A stretch of 64,000 nt of DNA, from sequence record KJ019086.1; one strand, given 5' to 3'. Each line of letters opens with the position of its first letter. Position 1 is the stretch's first letter. The notes under the pieces are model-generated. The model searched no databases and had not been told where the DNA came from. It saw nothing but the letters and a program-made list of their open reading frames with translations. Positions 46,070-55,531 of the stretch are shown here, in pieces. The position numbers and the translations under genes were made by a program.

Positions 46070-48385
46070 ATGGCATTTAAGATTAATGGCGTAGTACGCA
46101 TTGATAATAGTGGCAACGGTTTTCTGGGAATTGTAACCGCTACCGACGCTAATATCACAGGAGTTCTCACTGCCACTGAGGTGGATGCGAAAGTATCATC
46201 TAAGGCAATAACTGAACAAACAGATGGAACCGTAGATGATGTAACTGGTGCAGATGAACTATTACTATTAGATGCCGAGACTGGTGGATTACTAAGAGTA
46301 TCAATAGATGAGTTCGTGCAGGGTTCAGGCATTGGAACTCTAGTAACGGACTTTGATAACTTAACTGTTACTGGTATCACAACCGTTGCCACCCTCAAAG
46401 GTATTGGATCTAATAACATCAGTGTAGGGAGCACACTTTCCTTTGCTGATGGTACAGAGATCATCATGGGTGACTCTGGTGACTTCAGTATTCATCATGA
46501 TGGTGACCATACTTACCTAGATGAGACGGGGCAGGGTAATCTAAAACTCCGTACAAATAACTTTAGAGTAACAAATATAGCAGAAACAAAACCAGCTATT
46601 ACAGCACAGGTTACTTCTGGTGTTGAGTTGTATTTTGATGGTAATAAGAAGATAGAAACTACAAATACTGGTGTTCTTGTGAGTGGTATGCTCACTGCTG
46701 ATAGATTAAGATCAGGTGATATTGCTGCTAGAAATGTAATCACACTGGGTATTACCACTATCCAAGATCATTTGGAAGTGAATGATAGTACTGGTTCTGG
46801 TACGGAATATAATCTTAATGTTAAGACTAATGGTAGTTCTACCTTTGGTGTCTTAGGTAATGGAAATATTCTACTTGGAAACAGTTCCGGTGCTCCATTC
46901 ATGGCGACGAATGATCACCACGCAACTTCCAAGAAATATGTAGATGACGCCATCGCTGATGCTCCTAGCGGTGCTGCGGCTTGGGGTACTGTTGCCGCAA
47001 ACAACAGTGGTGGTGCTAGTAGTATTACTTTACTGGGTGGGATGAATGTAGCAAGTGTCACAGCTGGCACATCAAATGCAAAAGGAAATTTCGTGGTTAC
47101 ATTTGCCACTCCAATGCCTGATGCAAACTATTCAGTAACCGCTAGTTATAATAACGCTAATGTTAACACATATGGGGATATTAGTGTAGGTTCTAAAACA
47201 GCAAGTAGTTTTGAGGTTCAAACTTTTGAATCATCAAATCTGCCTGACTGGCAGGGGTTTGGATTTGTCGTCTTCGCAACCAATGCCTTCCCACCAACAG
47301 GCGGCACCGGCACAGATAGCTGGGCAGCTGTAGATCAAACTATTGTTAATGGTGCTTGTAATGTACCGGCAAGTTTTAACGTTGCTTCAGTAACTAGAAC
47401 TGGACTGGGCCTATATGACGTGGTGTTTACAACGCCGATGCCTACTGATAAATACAGCGTTGTGGGTAGCATTACCCGAGACACATTTTCTAATTTCTGT
47501 ACTTCTAATAGGTCGGCTACTGGCTTTACAGTAAAGAACACCTATCAGAATCGCGATAACGGTGCTACTCAGTATGCAGACAACCCTTTCTCCTTCACCG
47601 TCAACGCCACCAACGCAACGCTACCTGAAACTATTACAACGGATCAGTTTACCTCTGCGTTTAATGCTCCTACCTTCAAAAACATTCTCATCAATGGAAA
47701 TCTGACAATTAATCAACGTAATGTTAATATTACATCTGTTTCTGCCGGTGAATATGGTGAAGATCGTTGGAAAAAGACATTAGGTGGGATGACGCAGATT
47801 GTTGAAGATGGTAATTATCTACCAAGTTCTTCTTACACTTTATCTGGAACAGGTATTACTACAACTACAGCAAACTCACCTGCTTCTGGTGACTGGGACA
47901 TCTCAACAACCTTTGGTGATATTCCTATTACTGCTCGTTCTATCCAACTTGAATATGGCAACGTAGCCTCAGCGTTTGACTTGAGACCGGTTGGGGTGGA
48001 GCTGAGTTTGTGTCATCGTTATTTTTATAGAATAATAAGGTCCGTCAACAGCACTCCTTTTACTATTAAATCTAACAGTAACTCAAACGACATTCCCGCT
48101 GTAGGCTCGATCGAGTGTTCTTACAGTGTAGTTTTTCCAGCCATAATGAGAACCCAACCTACTGGCTCAAATTACAGTAACAACGGAGCAAATAACTATT
48201 TGGCAATTCCAGGATATAGGGCTATTACTAACTCTTTTCTGGCAAGCGATGTAAGTTTTTCATACGCATCCTCTGAAGCCGCAGTAATTTTAGTGGATAC
48301 GACCTTAGGGAGCATCGGAGTAGTTCAAGGAGCTGCGTTCCCGCTAGAGGCGGCTTTTAGTTATGACATCGACGCCGAACTTTAA
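46070..48385 (+). CDS. tail fibre-like protein
   Basis: GIVT/GITT repeats; two AWG...NVASVT...V.F.TPMP...YSV domains; KNILING...INQR C-terminal domain; late promoter. Confidence 0.8.
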   Translation: MAFKINGVVRIDNSGNGFLGIVTATDANITGVLTATEVDAKVSSKAITEQTDGTVDDVTGADELLLLDAETGGLLRVSIDEFVQGSGIGTLVTDFDNLTVTGITTVATLKGIGSNNISVGSTLSFADGTEIIMGDSGDFSIHHDGDHTYLDETGQGNLKLRTNNFRVTNIAETKPAITAQVTSGVELYFDGNKKIETTNTGVLVSGMLTADRLRSGDIAARNVITLGITTIQDHLEVNDSTGSGTEYNLNVKTNGSSTFGVLGNGNILLGNSSGAPFMATNDHHATSKKYVDDAIADAPSGAAAWGTVAANNSGGASSITLLGGMNVASVTAGTSNAKGNFVVTFATPMPDANYSVTASYNNANVNTYGDISVGSKTASSFEVQTFESSNLPDWQGFGFVVFATNAFPPTGGTGTDSWAAVDQTIVNGACNVPASFNVASVTRTGLGLYDVVFTTPMPTDKYSVVGSITRDTFSNFCTSNRSATGFTVKNTYQNRDNGATQYADNPFSFTVNATNATLPETITTDQFTSAFNAPTFKNILINGNLTINQRNVNITSVSAGEYGEDRWKKTLGGMTQIVEDGNYLPSSSYTLSGTGITTTTANSPASGDWDISTTFGDIPITARSIQLEYGNVASAFDLRPVGVELSLCHRYFYRIIRSVNSTPFTIKSNSNSNDIPAVGSIECSYSVVFPAIMRTQPTGSNYSNNGANNYLAIPGYRAITNSFLASDVSFSYASSEAAVILVDTTLGSIGVVQGAAFPLEAAFSYDIDAEL

Positions 48386-48427
48386 ACTCCTTAATTCCTT
48401 ACAATAGAACTATCACACTTTAAAACT

Positions 48428-48670
48428 ATGGCTTATACTTACGCATTTACTGATGCTGATAACAACAGCATCAAACGCACTGATGAAGACGGTAACGTTG
48501 CATTCGTTCCAGTCGCAGAAGGCAATCGTGACTACGCAGAATATCTATCCTCTGGTATCACTGCCGATGCATACGTAGCACCACCGGAACCAGAACCCCT
48601 TACTCCAGAAGAGAAACTAGCCAACTCTGGACTGACAGTTGATGAGCTAAAGAGTTTGTTAGATCTATAG
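48428..48670 (+). CDS. tail-fibre-associated small protein
   Basis: FVP...GNRDYAEYL...EPLTPEEKL...GLTVDELK, typical of genes following fibre genes. Confidence 0.7.
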   Translation: MAYTYAFTDADNNSIKRTDEDGNVAFVPVAEGNRDYAEYLSSGITADAYVAPPEPEPLTPEEKLANSGLTVDELKSLLDL

Positions 48671-48700
48671 GTGTGACAGCCAGCAAACTGGCACAGGGGG

Positions 48701-48729
48701 TTGGCACCCTGGGGAATGTGTGTTATAAT
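48701..48729 (+). promoter_or_regulatory. psbA promoter TTGGCA-N17-TATAAT
   Basis: 48701-48706 and 48724-48729. Confidence 0.75.
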
Positions 48730-48767
48730 AAACACATAAATAAGATATGTAAAGTTCTTATTACAAC

Positions 48768-48840
48768 ACTTCCATCTAACCGAGACCTACGGGGAAGTAA
48801 AATACGTCTCTAATACCTACACCGGAGGGTGGTGTAGGAA
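48768..48840 (+). ncRNA. PhotoRC-II-like RNA motif in the psbA 5' UTR
   Basis: ACTTCC/GGAAGT stem with loop GAGAC pairing to GTCTC (pseudoknot), then a CCTACACC/GGTGTAGG hairpin with GGAGGGT loop. Confidence 0.7.
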
Positions 48841-48887
48841 TAATACTATCGTCAGCTCCCCCTGGCACTACTTACCCTTTTTACACA

Positions 48888-49967
48888 ATGGCTTCAACAC
48901 TTACACGCCGTCAAGGCGCATCTATCTGGGATCAGTTTTGTTCCTGGGTCACATCAACCAACAATCGTCTTTACGTCGGTTGGTTCGGTGTTCTAATGAT
49001 TCCTACATTGTTAGCCGCAACTGTATGTTTCATTATCGCTTTCGTGGGTGCTCCCCCAGTGGACATCGACGGAATCCGTGAACCAGTAGCTGGTTCACTC
49101 ATGTATGGAAACAACATCATCTCTGGTGCAGTTGTTCCTAGTTCAAACGCAATCGGTCTACACTTCTACCCAATCTGGGAAGCAGCCACACTCGACGAAT
49201 GGCTCTACAACGGTGGTCCTTTCCAACTAGTTGTCTTCCACTTCCTTATTGGTATCTACGCCTATATGGGACGTGAGTGGGAACTCTCTTATCGTTTAGG
49301 TATGAGACCTTGGATCTGTGTAGCATACTCTGCACCAGTTGCAGCAGCTTCAGCAGTATTCCTAGTCTATCCTTTCGGTCAAGGTTCATTCTCAGACGCG
49401 ATGCCCTTGGGTATCTCTGGAACATTCAACTACATGTTGGTCTTCCAAGCAGAACATAACATCTTGATGCACCCCTTCCACATGTTGGGAGTCGCAGGTG
49501 TCTTCGGTGGTTCATTGTTCTCAGCGATGCATGGTTCACTTGTTACATCTTCACTCGTAAGAGAGACAACTGAAACAGAATCCCAGAACTATGGTTACAA
49601 GTTTGGACAAGAAGAGGAGACCTACAACATCGTTGCAGCCCATGGCTACTTCGGTCGTTTGATCTTCCAATACGCCTCATTCAACAACTCACGCTCACTC
49701 CACTTCTTCTTAGCCGCATGGCCAGTTGTGGGTATCTGGTTCACCGCACTTGGTGTTTCCACAATGGCATTCAACCTCAATGGTTTCAACTTCAACCAGT
49801 CCGTCATTGATGGACAAGGTAGAGTTCTTAACACCTGGGCGGATGTATTGAACAGAGCTGGTCTAGGTATGGAGGTGATGCATGAGAGAAATGCACACAA
49901 CTTCCCACTAGATTTGGCAGCAGCTGAGTCCACACCTGTGGCTCTAATTGCACCATCTGTTGGTTGA
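48888..49967 (+). CDS. psbA: photosystem II D1 protein
   Basis: Full-length D1 (NRLYVGWFG...[13 protein letters not shown]); no intron. Confidence 0.99.
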   Translation: MASTLTRRQGASIWDQFCSWVTSTNNRLYVGWFGVLMIPTLLAATVCFIIAFVGAPPVDIDGIREPVAGSLMYGNNIISGAVVPSSNAIGLHFYPIWEAATLDEWLYNGGPFQLVVFHFLIGIYAYMGREWELSYRLGMRPWICVAYSAPVAAASAVFLVYPFGQGSFSDAMPLGISGTFNYMLVFQAEHNILMHPFHMLGVAGVFGGSLFSAMHGSLVTSSLVRETTETESQNYGYKFGQEEETYNIVAAHGYFGRLIFQYASFNNSRSLHFFLAAWPVVGIWFTALGVSTMAFNLNGFNFNQSVIDGQGRVLNTWADVLNRAGLGMEVMHERNAHNFPLDLAAAESTPVALIAPSVG

Positions 49968-49988
49968 TCACTCAACCTGTGATATGAT

Positions 49989-50017
49989 AAAAGGGGACTT
50001 CGGTCCCCTTTCTTTTT
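49989..50017 (+). terminator. intrinsic terminator with UUCG loop
   Basis: AAAAGGGGAC-TTCG-GTCCCCTTT. Confidence 0.85.
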
Positions 50018-50037
50018 CTTTTGTAATGTAAAGTTTT

Positions 50038-50268
50038 ATGTCTCACGATCTAATCGAATTGCTCACTTACTATGTGATCGGTGGTGCCCTTATCATAGGA
50101 CCACCCGCTATCTTTCTCATCATTGCTATGATGGCAGCACTCCAAAATACGAAAGGTCGCATGGTTGGATACAAAGATCACAAAACTTATGGTGATTCAT
50201 CTATCTACGATCCGGCACCAAAATTGCCAGTAGATCAAACAAAATTCTTCCTGGAACTTAACAACTGA
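50038..50268 (+). CDS. small membrane protein
   Basis: N-terminal TM helix; QNTKGRMVGYKDHK.YG. Confidence 0.7.
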   Translation: MSHDLIELLTYYVIGGALIIGPPAIFLIIAMMAALQNTKGRMVGYKDHKTYGDSSIYDPAPKLPVDQTKFFLELNN

Positions 50269-50279
50269 GGTAAACAAAA

Positions 50280-51335
50280 ATGACGACAAGTACACTTACA
50301 ACACCACAAAGGGGGTGGTATGATATTTTGGAGGATTGGCTTCAGAGAGATAGGTTTATCTTTATTGGCTGGTCTGGATTACTACTTCTTCCCACTGCTT
50401 ATCTTGCCATTGGCGGCTGGCTTACTGGCACAACTTTTGTCACGAGTTGGTACACCCATGGTCTTGCTTCTTCCTATCTTGAGGGTGCTAACTTTCTCAC
50501 GGCGGCTGTCTCGACTCCTGCTGATGCTATGGGTCATTCTCTTCTTCTACTTTGGGGTCCTGAATCTCAGGGCGACTTCCAGCGGTGGCTCCAACTTGGA
50601 GGGCTTTGGTCCTTTGTTGCTCTCCACGGTGCCTTCGCTTTAATTGGATTCATGCTTCGTCAGTTTGAACTGTCACGACTCATTGGTATCCGTCCCTACA
50701 ACGCTATTGCATTCAGTGGTCCTATCGCTGTATTTGTCAGTGTGTTTCTTCTATACCCACTAGGTCAATCTTCCTGGTTCTTTGCCCCCTCCTTTGGTGT
50801 GGCAGCAATCTTTAGATTCCTATTGTTTCTTCAGGGTTTCCACAACTGGACACTGAACCCCTTCCATATGATGGGAGTTGCTGGTATACTAGGTGGAGCA
50901 CTACTATCTGCAATCCATGGCGTTACTGTTGAAAATACCCTATATGAAGATGGAGAACAGAATAACACCTTCACTGCGTTCGATTCCACCCAGGAGGAAG
51001 AGACCTATTCGATGGTTACTGCGAACCGCTTCTGGTCGCAAATCTTCGGGGTTGCGTTTAGTAATAAGCGTTGGCTTCACTTCTTTATGTTGTTTGTTCC
51101 TGTCATGGGTCTTTGGGTCTCAAGTATTGGGATCATTGGGCTTGCTCTTAATCTTCGTGCTTATGATTTTGTGAGCCAAGAGATTAGAGCAGCAGAAGAT
51201 CCTGAGTTTGAAACTTTCTACACAAAGAACATCCTTCTTAACGAAGGACTAAGAGCATGGATGGCACCTGTGGATCAACCACATGAGTCATTTGTATTCC
51301 CAGAAGAAGTTCTACCTAGAGGTAACGCATTGTGA
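50280..51335 (+). CDS. psbD: photosystem II D2 protein
   Basis: [15 protein letters not shown]...[10 protein letters not shown]. Confidence 0.99.
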   Translation: MTTSTLTTPQRGWYDILEDWLQRDRFIFIGWSGLLLLPTAYLAIGGWLTGTTFVTSWYTHGLASSYLEGANFLTAAVSTPADAMGHSLLLLWGPESQGDFQRWLQLGGLWSFVALHGAFALIGFMLRQFELSRLIGIRPYNAIAFSGPIAVFVSVFLLYPLGQSSWFFAPSFGVAAIFRFLLFLQGFHNWTLNPFHMMGVAGILGGALLSAIHGVTVENTLYEDGEQNNTFTAFDSTQEEETYSMVTANRFWSQIFGVAFSNKRWLHFFMLFVPVMGLWVSSIGIIGLALNLRAYDFVSQEIRAAEDPEFETFYTKNILLNEGLRAWMAPVDQPHESFVFPEEVLPRGNAL

Positions 51336-51577
51336 TTAACGCACTCTTCACTTTTATATTTGCTGCGGTGATGTGGGTGCAAGTCCCACAGTGGCAGGAT
51401 GATTGGTCTAAGTGCGCAGTAGATGTACCTGATGTTCAATGTCATTGGTATATCACAGCACCCGATAGCACCATGGGTGAAGGATTTAGTTGGGCGAATG
51501 CCCCTTGGTTCAGTGCTGAAGGTCTCCTTGATATTGGAGAACTTCACAACACAGTTCAATCACTTCAGGAGGCATGA
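51332..51577 (+). CDS. conserved cyanophage hypothetical protein
   Basis: [25 protein letters not shown]. Confidence 0.8.
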   Translation: MINALFTFIFAAVMWVQVPQWQDDWSKCAVDVPDVQCHWYITAPDSTMGEGFSWANAPWFSAEGLLDIGELHNTVQSLQEA

Positions 51578-51789
51578 TGAATATATTATTTTTAGTATTA
51601 TACTTCGTCTGTTTCTGTCTCATTGCAGGTGGTGCCGCAGCTATGATGTATGCAAACATACAATCTATCTGGAACACACCACCCGCTCCACCTAAACCAA
51701 TTCATCCTGAGGCACCTGTAGCAGGTGAAGAGGTTATGTATGTCGATCTAACAAGAGAAAAACTGGAAGATTTGTACCATGAACATTGA
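51574..51789 (+). CDS. small membrane protein
   Basis: TM helix followed by HPEAP..GEE.MYV. Confidence 0.7.
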   Translation: MMNILFLVLYFVCFCLIAGGAAAMMYANIQSIWNTPPAPPKPIHPEAPVAGEEVMYVDLTREKLEDLYHEH

Positions 51790-51901
51790 ATACCTTTTAG
51801 GTTGGGTTGCTATTCTTGTTTTGTTTATAGCAACACAGAATACTGATGATGACGATGATCCAGAAGGTGGCATGATGGTCCCTTCTACCCAATACTCATA
51901 A
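51779..51901 (+). CDS. 40-aa membrane peptide with DDDDD.EGGMM.P tail
   Basis: Translated by hand; ends before a terminator. Confidence 0.6.
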   Translation: MNIEYLLGWVAILVLFIATQNTDDDDDPEGGMMVPSTQYS

Positions 51902-51910
51902 CAAAACTAC

Positions 51911-51940
51911 AAGGGGATTGTTAACAATCCTCTTTTTTTG
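51911..51940 (+). terminator. intrinsic terminator
   Basis: AAGGGGATTG/CAATCCTCTT plus T tract. Confidence 0.7.
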
Positions 51941-52023
51941 TATCGTTATTTTGTTTGATTGTTATATATTGTGTGTATTCTCACACAAACCATATACATA
52001 GAGTGTAGAACAAGAGGAGTATT

Positions 52024-52224
52024 ATGTTATCACATAATCTTATTTCGCATAACCAATTAGAAGGTTGGCGAGAATCTTTTCAGAAGATAGACAAATCTAC
52101 CAATAGAACAACAGACGAACTAAACCTAATTAATGATTACTATGATTGTTTAATAGAGTGTGATGATAACCAATCAGCGTGTAAGCGTATCTGTAAACAT
52201 GTATTGACATCTCCACCAATTTAA
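52024..52224 (+). CDS. conserved hypothetical protein with twin Cx3C motif
   Basis: NDYYDCLIECDDNQSACKRIC; GAGGAG RBS. Confidence 0.75.
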   Translation: MLSHNLISHNQLEGWRESFQKIDKSTNRTTDELNLINDYYDCLIECDDNQSACKRICKHVLTSPPI

Positions 52225-52236
52225 ATATGTTAGAAT

Positions 52237-52262
52237 GGAGGGTATAACAACCCTCCTTTTTT
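52237..52262 (+). terminator. intrinsic terminator
   Basis: GGAGGGT/ACCCTCC plus T7. Confidence 0.75.
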
Positions 52263-52263
52263 A

Positions 52264-52437
52264 ATGCGATTCGATCTTTCAATAGAGGATTATACTATCA
52301 TCCTCAATGCCCTACATTACTACAAAAAGAAGACAGTAGAGAAGCGGGGCAACTTCAAACAGTATAGCGAGGAGCGAGTCAACGATCTTAGGGACCGAAT
52401 GGCTCACCAAATGGTCTGGGAACAGGGTGAAGAGTAG
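52264..52437 (+). CDS. small hypothetical protein (57 aa)
   Basis: MRFDLSIEDYTIILNALHYYKK..., translated by hand. Confidence 0.6.
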   Translation: MRFDLSIEDYTIILNALHYYKKKTVEKRGNFKQYSEERVNDLRDRMAHQMVWEQGEE

Positions 52438-52552
52438 CAAATACCACCATTTTCAGGAACCTCTCACCAAACCTTCGGGAAACACTATGGGAAAACGGGT
52501 TGTTGATCGCCTATAATAAGGGGGTAGAACACAACTGGAGAGAAAATCCACT

Positions 52553-52936
52553 ATGAAAATCCAACAATCAATGCTTCGTCGTCTCGCCGCTAAGAAGGGG
52601 AAGAAGCAGAACGGATTCACACTAATTGAACTGATGGTGGTTGTTGCTATCGTTGGTGTATTGTCGGCTGTTGGTCTCCCTCAGCTATTGAAAGCACAAG
52701 ACCGAGCAAAGATCTCAGTAGCACAACAGGAAGCAGTCAACTACGCTAAAGAGTGTTCTATCTCCATCCTTACAGGTGGTGATGGTCCTGTCGTTGCTAA
52801 CTTTTCAACAGTTCCTGCCGACCAAACCTGTGCCGCTGGTACTGATGTAACCGCTTTATCTGATACTGAGACAGTAGTAACCTGGACAGTAGAAATGGAA
52901 GGCGGCATCCCTGGCGTTCCTTCTTCCGATGAGTGA
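52553..52936 (+). CDS. pilA: type IV prepilin (PilA-like)
   Basis: Basic 21-aa leader, G|FTLIELMVVVAIVGVLSAVGLP class III signal with E+5, and a Cys pair. Confidence 0.9.
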   Translation: MKIQQSMLRRLAAKKGKKQNGFTLIELMVVVAIVGVLSAVGLPQLLKAQDRAKISVAQQEAVNYAKECSISILTGGDGPVVANFSTVPADQTCAAGTDVTALSDTETVVTWTVEMEGGIPGVPSSDE

Positions 52937-52942
52937 TCTATT

Positions 52943-53506
52943 ATGAACCTAATGTCCACCATGGTGGGACTTAGCATCATGGGGGCTTCTGCCCCCGCTA
53001 TGATGAAAATGTCCATGGCACCATATGAAGCACAACTAAGAGCACAAAACCTAGGTGTAGCCGAAACTGCTGCTGTAGTATTCGCCGCTACTTACGAAGG
53101 TAAGCTCGAACTCCCAGAAGATACAGACACCTGTGTATCAAAACTACGTGAAGGTACTGCAAACGCTTTTAGCGTTACCTGTACTGAAGGTGATGGTAGG
53201 TATGTTCAGTCTGTAACTCGTGCATTCCGTCTAGCTGTTCCCGATGAAGGACTAGACGGTGGTAATGCAACTGATACAAGTAGAGAGTTTGCATTTGAAA
53301 CTCCTACTCGTTTCTCAGGACACCAATGTCCTGGTTATGATTCCTGGGGAGTCAACGGTTACAATGACAAAAACTACTCTGCCTTAGGTGGAGCTTGTAT
53401 TCCTAACGATGGATGGAATCAAACTAATTATCAGTTCTCTGATCCAGACGCTTGGCTTTATGACATCAACAACCGTAATGGTTGGGGAGCACATCCTGAC
53501 TACTAA
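52943..53506 (+). CDS. pilin-like protein lacking leader and E+5 (minor pilin-like)
   Basis: MNLMSTMVGLSIMG resembles the pilin N-terminal helix; four Cys in the globular part. Confidence 0.5.
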   Translation: MNLMSTMVGLSIMGASAPAMMKMSMAPYEAQLRAQNLGVAETAAVVFAATYEGKLELPEDTDTCVSKLREGTANAFSVTCTEGDGRYVQSVTRAFRLAVPDEGLDGGNATDTSREFAFETPTRFSGHQCPGYDSWGVNGYNDKNYSALGGACIPNDGWNQTNYQFSDPDAWLYDINNRNGWGAHPDY

Positions 53507-53688
53507 TGATTGAGTTACTCGCATCTAGCATTATCATTTACGGTAATGCCAACGGGGTGTGGTCTCCCTCACATCCCGATATTTATCCTTATTCGGAACC
53601 ACCTACACGAGTAGAAAAACCTGAAACTCCAAAAACATCTACGACTAGCGGAAATGGAGATATCATTTTCCCTCAACTATTAGAATAA
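53506..53688 (+). CDS. small exported hypothetical protein
   Basis: Hydrophobic N-terminus; TAATG coupling. Confidence 0.55.
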   Translation: MIELLASSIIIYGNANGVWSPSHPDIYPYSEPPTRVEKPETPKTSTTSGNGDIIFPQLLE

Positions 53689-53710
53689 CTAAAACTAGGA
53701 AACACACACA

Positions 53711-53742
53711 GGAGGGCAACCCTCCTTTTTTTGTGCTATAAT
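53711..53742 (+). terminator. terminator with GCAA loop followed by TGTGCTATAAT
   Basis: GGAGG-GCAA-CCCTCC plus T7; -10 at 53737-53742. Confidence 0.75.
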
Positions 53743-53765
53743 TACTAGTGAGTTGTGAGACTACT

Positions 53766-54047
53766 ATGGATGAAAGAATAAGAACTTTATATGTCTTTCA
53801 GTCGGATGATCGTCTTATAACTCATGACGGGCATGTCCAACTAGGTTGTCATAACATGACCATGGAAAAGTTTATGTCTTTCGATAGGGAGAATATCCGA
53901 TACATCGAAACCTACTGGTTGCCTGATGTATTTGGAAATAGGTATAAGCGTTCTAACTTCCAAGCACACCAGAGGGTATCTGGGGAGAAGGGTGTATTAG
54001 AACTATCTAATAACCAACCAGGAAACAGACTTGATAGGTCTGTATAA
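53766..54047 (+). CDS. conserved hypothetical protein
   Basis: THDGHVQLG...I.YIETYWLPDVF.NRYKR. Confidence 0.7.
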   Translation: MDERIRTLYVFQSDDRLITHDGHVQLGCHNMTMEKFMSFDRENIRYIETYWLPDVFGNRYKRSNFQAHQRVSGEKGVLELSNNQPGNRLDRSV

Positions 54048-54075
54048 GGCACCTATATACACAAAAAGGATTCCT

Positions 54076-54285
54076 ATGGGACCTATAATTGTATTTGCTT
54101 GTTTTCTACCTATAGTTGCTATATTCATTGTAATAAAACTAGCTGTTTGGGTAGAAGCTGTTAACTCCGAAACAAACTATGTCAGAGAAGAACCTTCAAG
54201 ACAACGAGGACCTTGGGTGGAAAACCCATATGAGGATATTGATGTTGAGGAAGAGGAGTATGGAGATCGCACAGACTATCGATGA
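54076..54285 (+). CDS. small membrane protein
   Basis: IVFACFLPIVAIFIVIKLAVW TM helix. Confidence 0.7.
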   Translation: MGPIIVFACFLPIVAIFIVIKLAVWVEAVNSETNYVREEPSRQRGPWVENPYEDIDVEEEEYGDRTDYR

Positions 54286-54412
54286 AGCGATTAACGACTA
54301 TTATTCGCTTCATGGACTCCCTGTTCCCGATTGGAAACTGAAAAAGAATCCAGACTGGTGGATTGAATACTTACTTTCTCTTGGATTAACTGATAACAAT
54401 GAACCCCTTTAA
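54260..54412 (+). CDS. conserved small hypothetical protein
   Basis: MEIAQTIDEAINDYYS.HGLPVP.WK.KKNPDWW.EYL; GAGGAG RBS. Confidence 0.7.
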   Translation: MEIAQTIDEAINDYYSLHGLPVPDWKLKKNPDWWIEYLLSLGLTDNNEPL

Positions 54413-54569
54413 GATACTCGGACCTTTCCTGAACCTATTGGTGGTGTATAGTCTATGGTATTCTGACTTATACAGTAGGAATCGATACTACGCATATGGT
54501 ATTGTACTACTACACATTCTCGTACTGGCATCAATTCCAACCATACCCGCAATTCTATATTGGTATTAA
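54399..54569 (+). CDS. small membrane protein (56 aa)
   Basis: Translated by hand; two hydrophobic segments. Confidence 0.5.
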   Translation: MNPFKILGPFLNLLVVYSLWYSDLYSRNRYYAYGIVLLHILVLASIPTIPAILYWY

Positions 54570-54571
54570 TT

Positions 54572-55222
54572 ATGAAGATCTTTTTAGACACCGCTGACCT
54601 GAATGAAATCAAAGAGGCATCATCCACTGGTTTGATTGATGGGGTGACTACCAACCCAACACTCATCCTAAGAAGTGGAAACACTCTGTACTCCACTGCA
54701 AAACTATTACAACTAGAATACCCCACATTTGAGAGTATCTCCACTGAGGTGGTTGCAGATACCGCAGAGGAGATGGTAGAACAGGCACGTCAGTACCTTG
54801 ATATTGGACCTACAATCACTGTTAAGGTTCCTTGTACTGTAGAGGGTCTTAAGGCGTGCAGAACACTCTCAGAGGAGGGTGTGAAGACCAATGTGACCCT
54901 TGTGTTCTCTGTATCCCAGGCTATCCTGGCAGCTAAGTCAGGAGCCACCTATGTGTCTCCCTTTGTTGGTAGGGTGAATGATAACTCCTTCAGTGGGGTT
55001 GCACTTATCCAAGCTATCTCAGAGACCTTCTCCCTACACAGGGTGAAGACAGAGGTATTGGCAGCTTCAGTTCGTGAAGCAAACCAAGTAGGACGTTGTT
55101 TTGCAGCTGGTGCTGACATTTGTACCATCCCAACCAAAGTATTCTGGAAGATGTACGAGCACATTCTCACAGAGAAAGGTTTAGAACTCTTCCAAAAGGA
55201 CTGGGAGAACTCAACGAAGTGA
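54572..55222 (+). CDS. talC: transaldolase (TalC/MipB family)
   Basis: MKIFLDTAD, DGVTTNPTL, ITVKVP, NVTLVFS, YVSPFVGR and LAASVR. Confidence 0.97.
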   Translation: MKIFLDTADLNEIKEASSTGLIDGVTTNPTLILRSGNTLYSTAKLLQLEYPTFESISTEVVADTAEEMVEQARQYLDIGPTITVKVPCTVEGLKACRTLSEEGVKTNVTLVFSVSQAILAAKSGATYVSPFVGRVNDNSFSGVALIQAISETFSLHRVKTEVLAASVREANQVGRCFAAGADICTIPTKVFWKMYEHILTEKGLELFQKDWENSTK

Positions 55223-55250
55223 TGTGTGAATACTAACACTTTGAGTATTA

Positions 55251-55258
55251 TATAAATA
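55251..55258 (+). promoter_or_regulatory. T4 late promoter TATAAATA
   Basis: Exact motif. Confidence 0.65.
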
Positions 55259-55285
55259 TTAAAGAATACATATTTCTTTGCATAA

Positions 55286-55492
55286 ATGAAACGTCCAGCC
55301 TTTTATTTGGTTGCGAGTGTTGTTATTGTTCAGATGTTAATGGCGGCGGGGGTATTATTTGGTTGTTTTGCACGACCGGATCCCCGTTGTACCGGAGATA
55401 AGGCATCTGATTTACTGAATAATATTATTGTACAAACTTTCGCACTCTATGCGGCTGAGAAAGTTTCCCATAAAGATGATAAACAAGTATAG
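55286..55492 (+). CDS. small membrane protein
   Basis: TM helix plus GC......RCTGDK. Confidence 0.65.
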   Translation: MKRPAFYLVASVVIVQMLMAAGVLFGCFARPDPRCTGDKASDLLNNIIVQTFALYAAEKVSHKDDKQV

Positions 55493-55531
55493 TGTGGTAG
55501 AATAGGGGAGAACACCTCCACCTATTTTTTT

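Noticed and set aside
48745-48766. NtcA binding site upstream of psbA
   Set aside because: The spacing is TGTA-N10-TACA, not the canonical GTA-N8-TAC.
48888-51335. Group I intron in psbA, or a homing endonuclease between psbA and psbD
   Set aside because: psbA is an uninterrupted 359-aa frame; the intervening ORF is a 76-aa membrane protein with no nuclease motif.
52024-52224. CP12
   Set aside because: The twin Cx3C spacing differs from the CP12 Cys pairs, and the AWD.VEEL core is absent.
52934-52945. Stop-codon read-through fusing the two pilin genes (same frame, TGA TCT ATT ATG)
   Set aside because: A second pilin helix in mid-protein makes little structural sense, and no read-through signal is evident.
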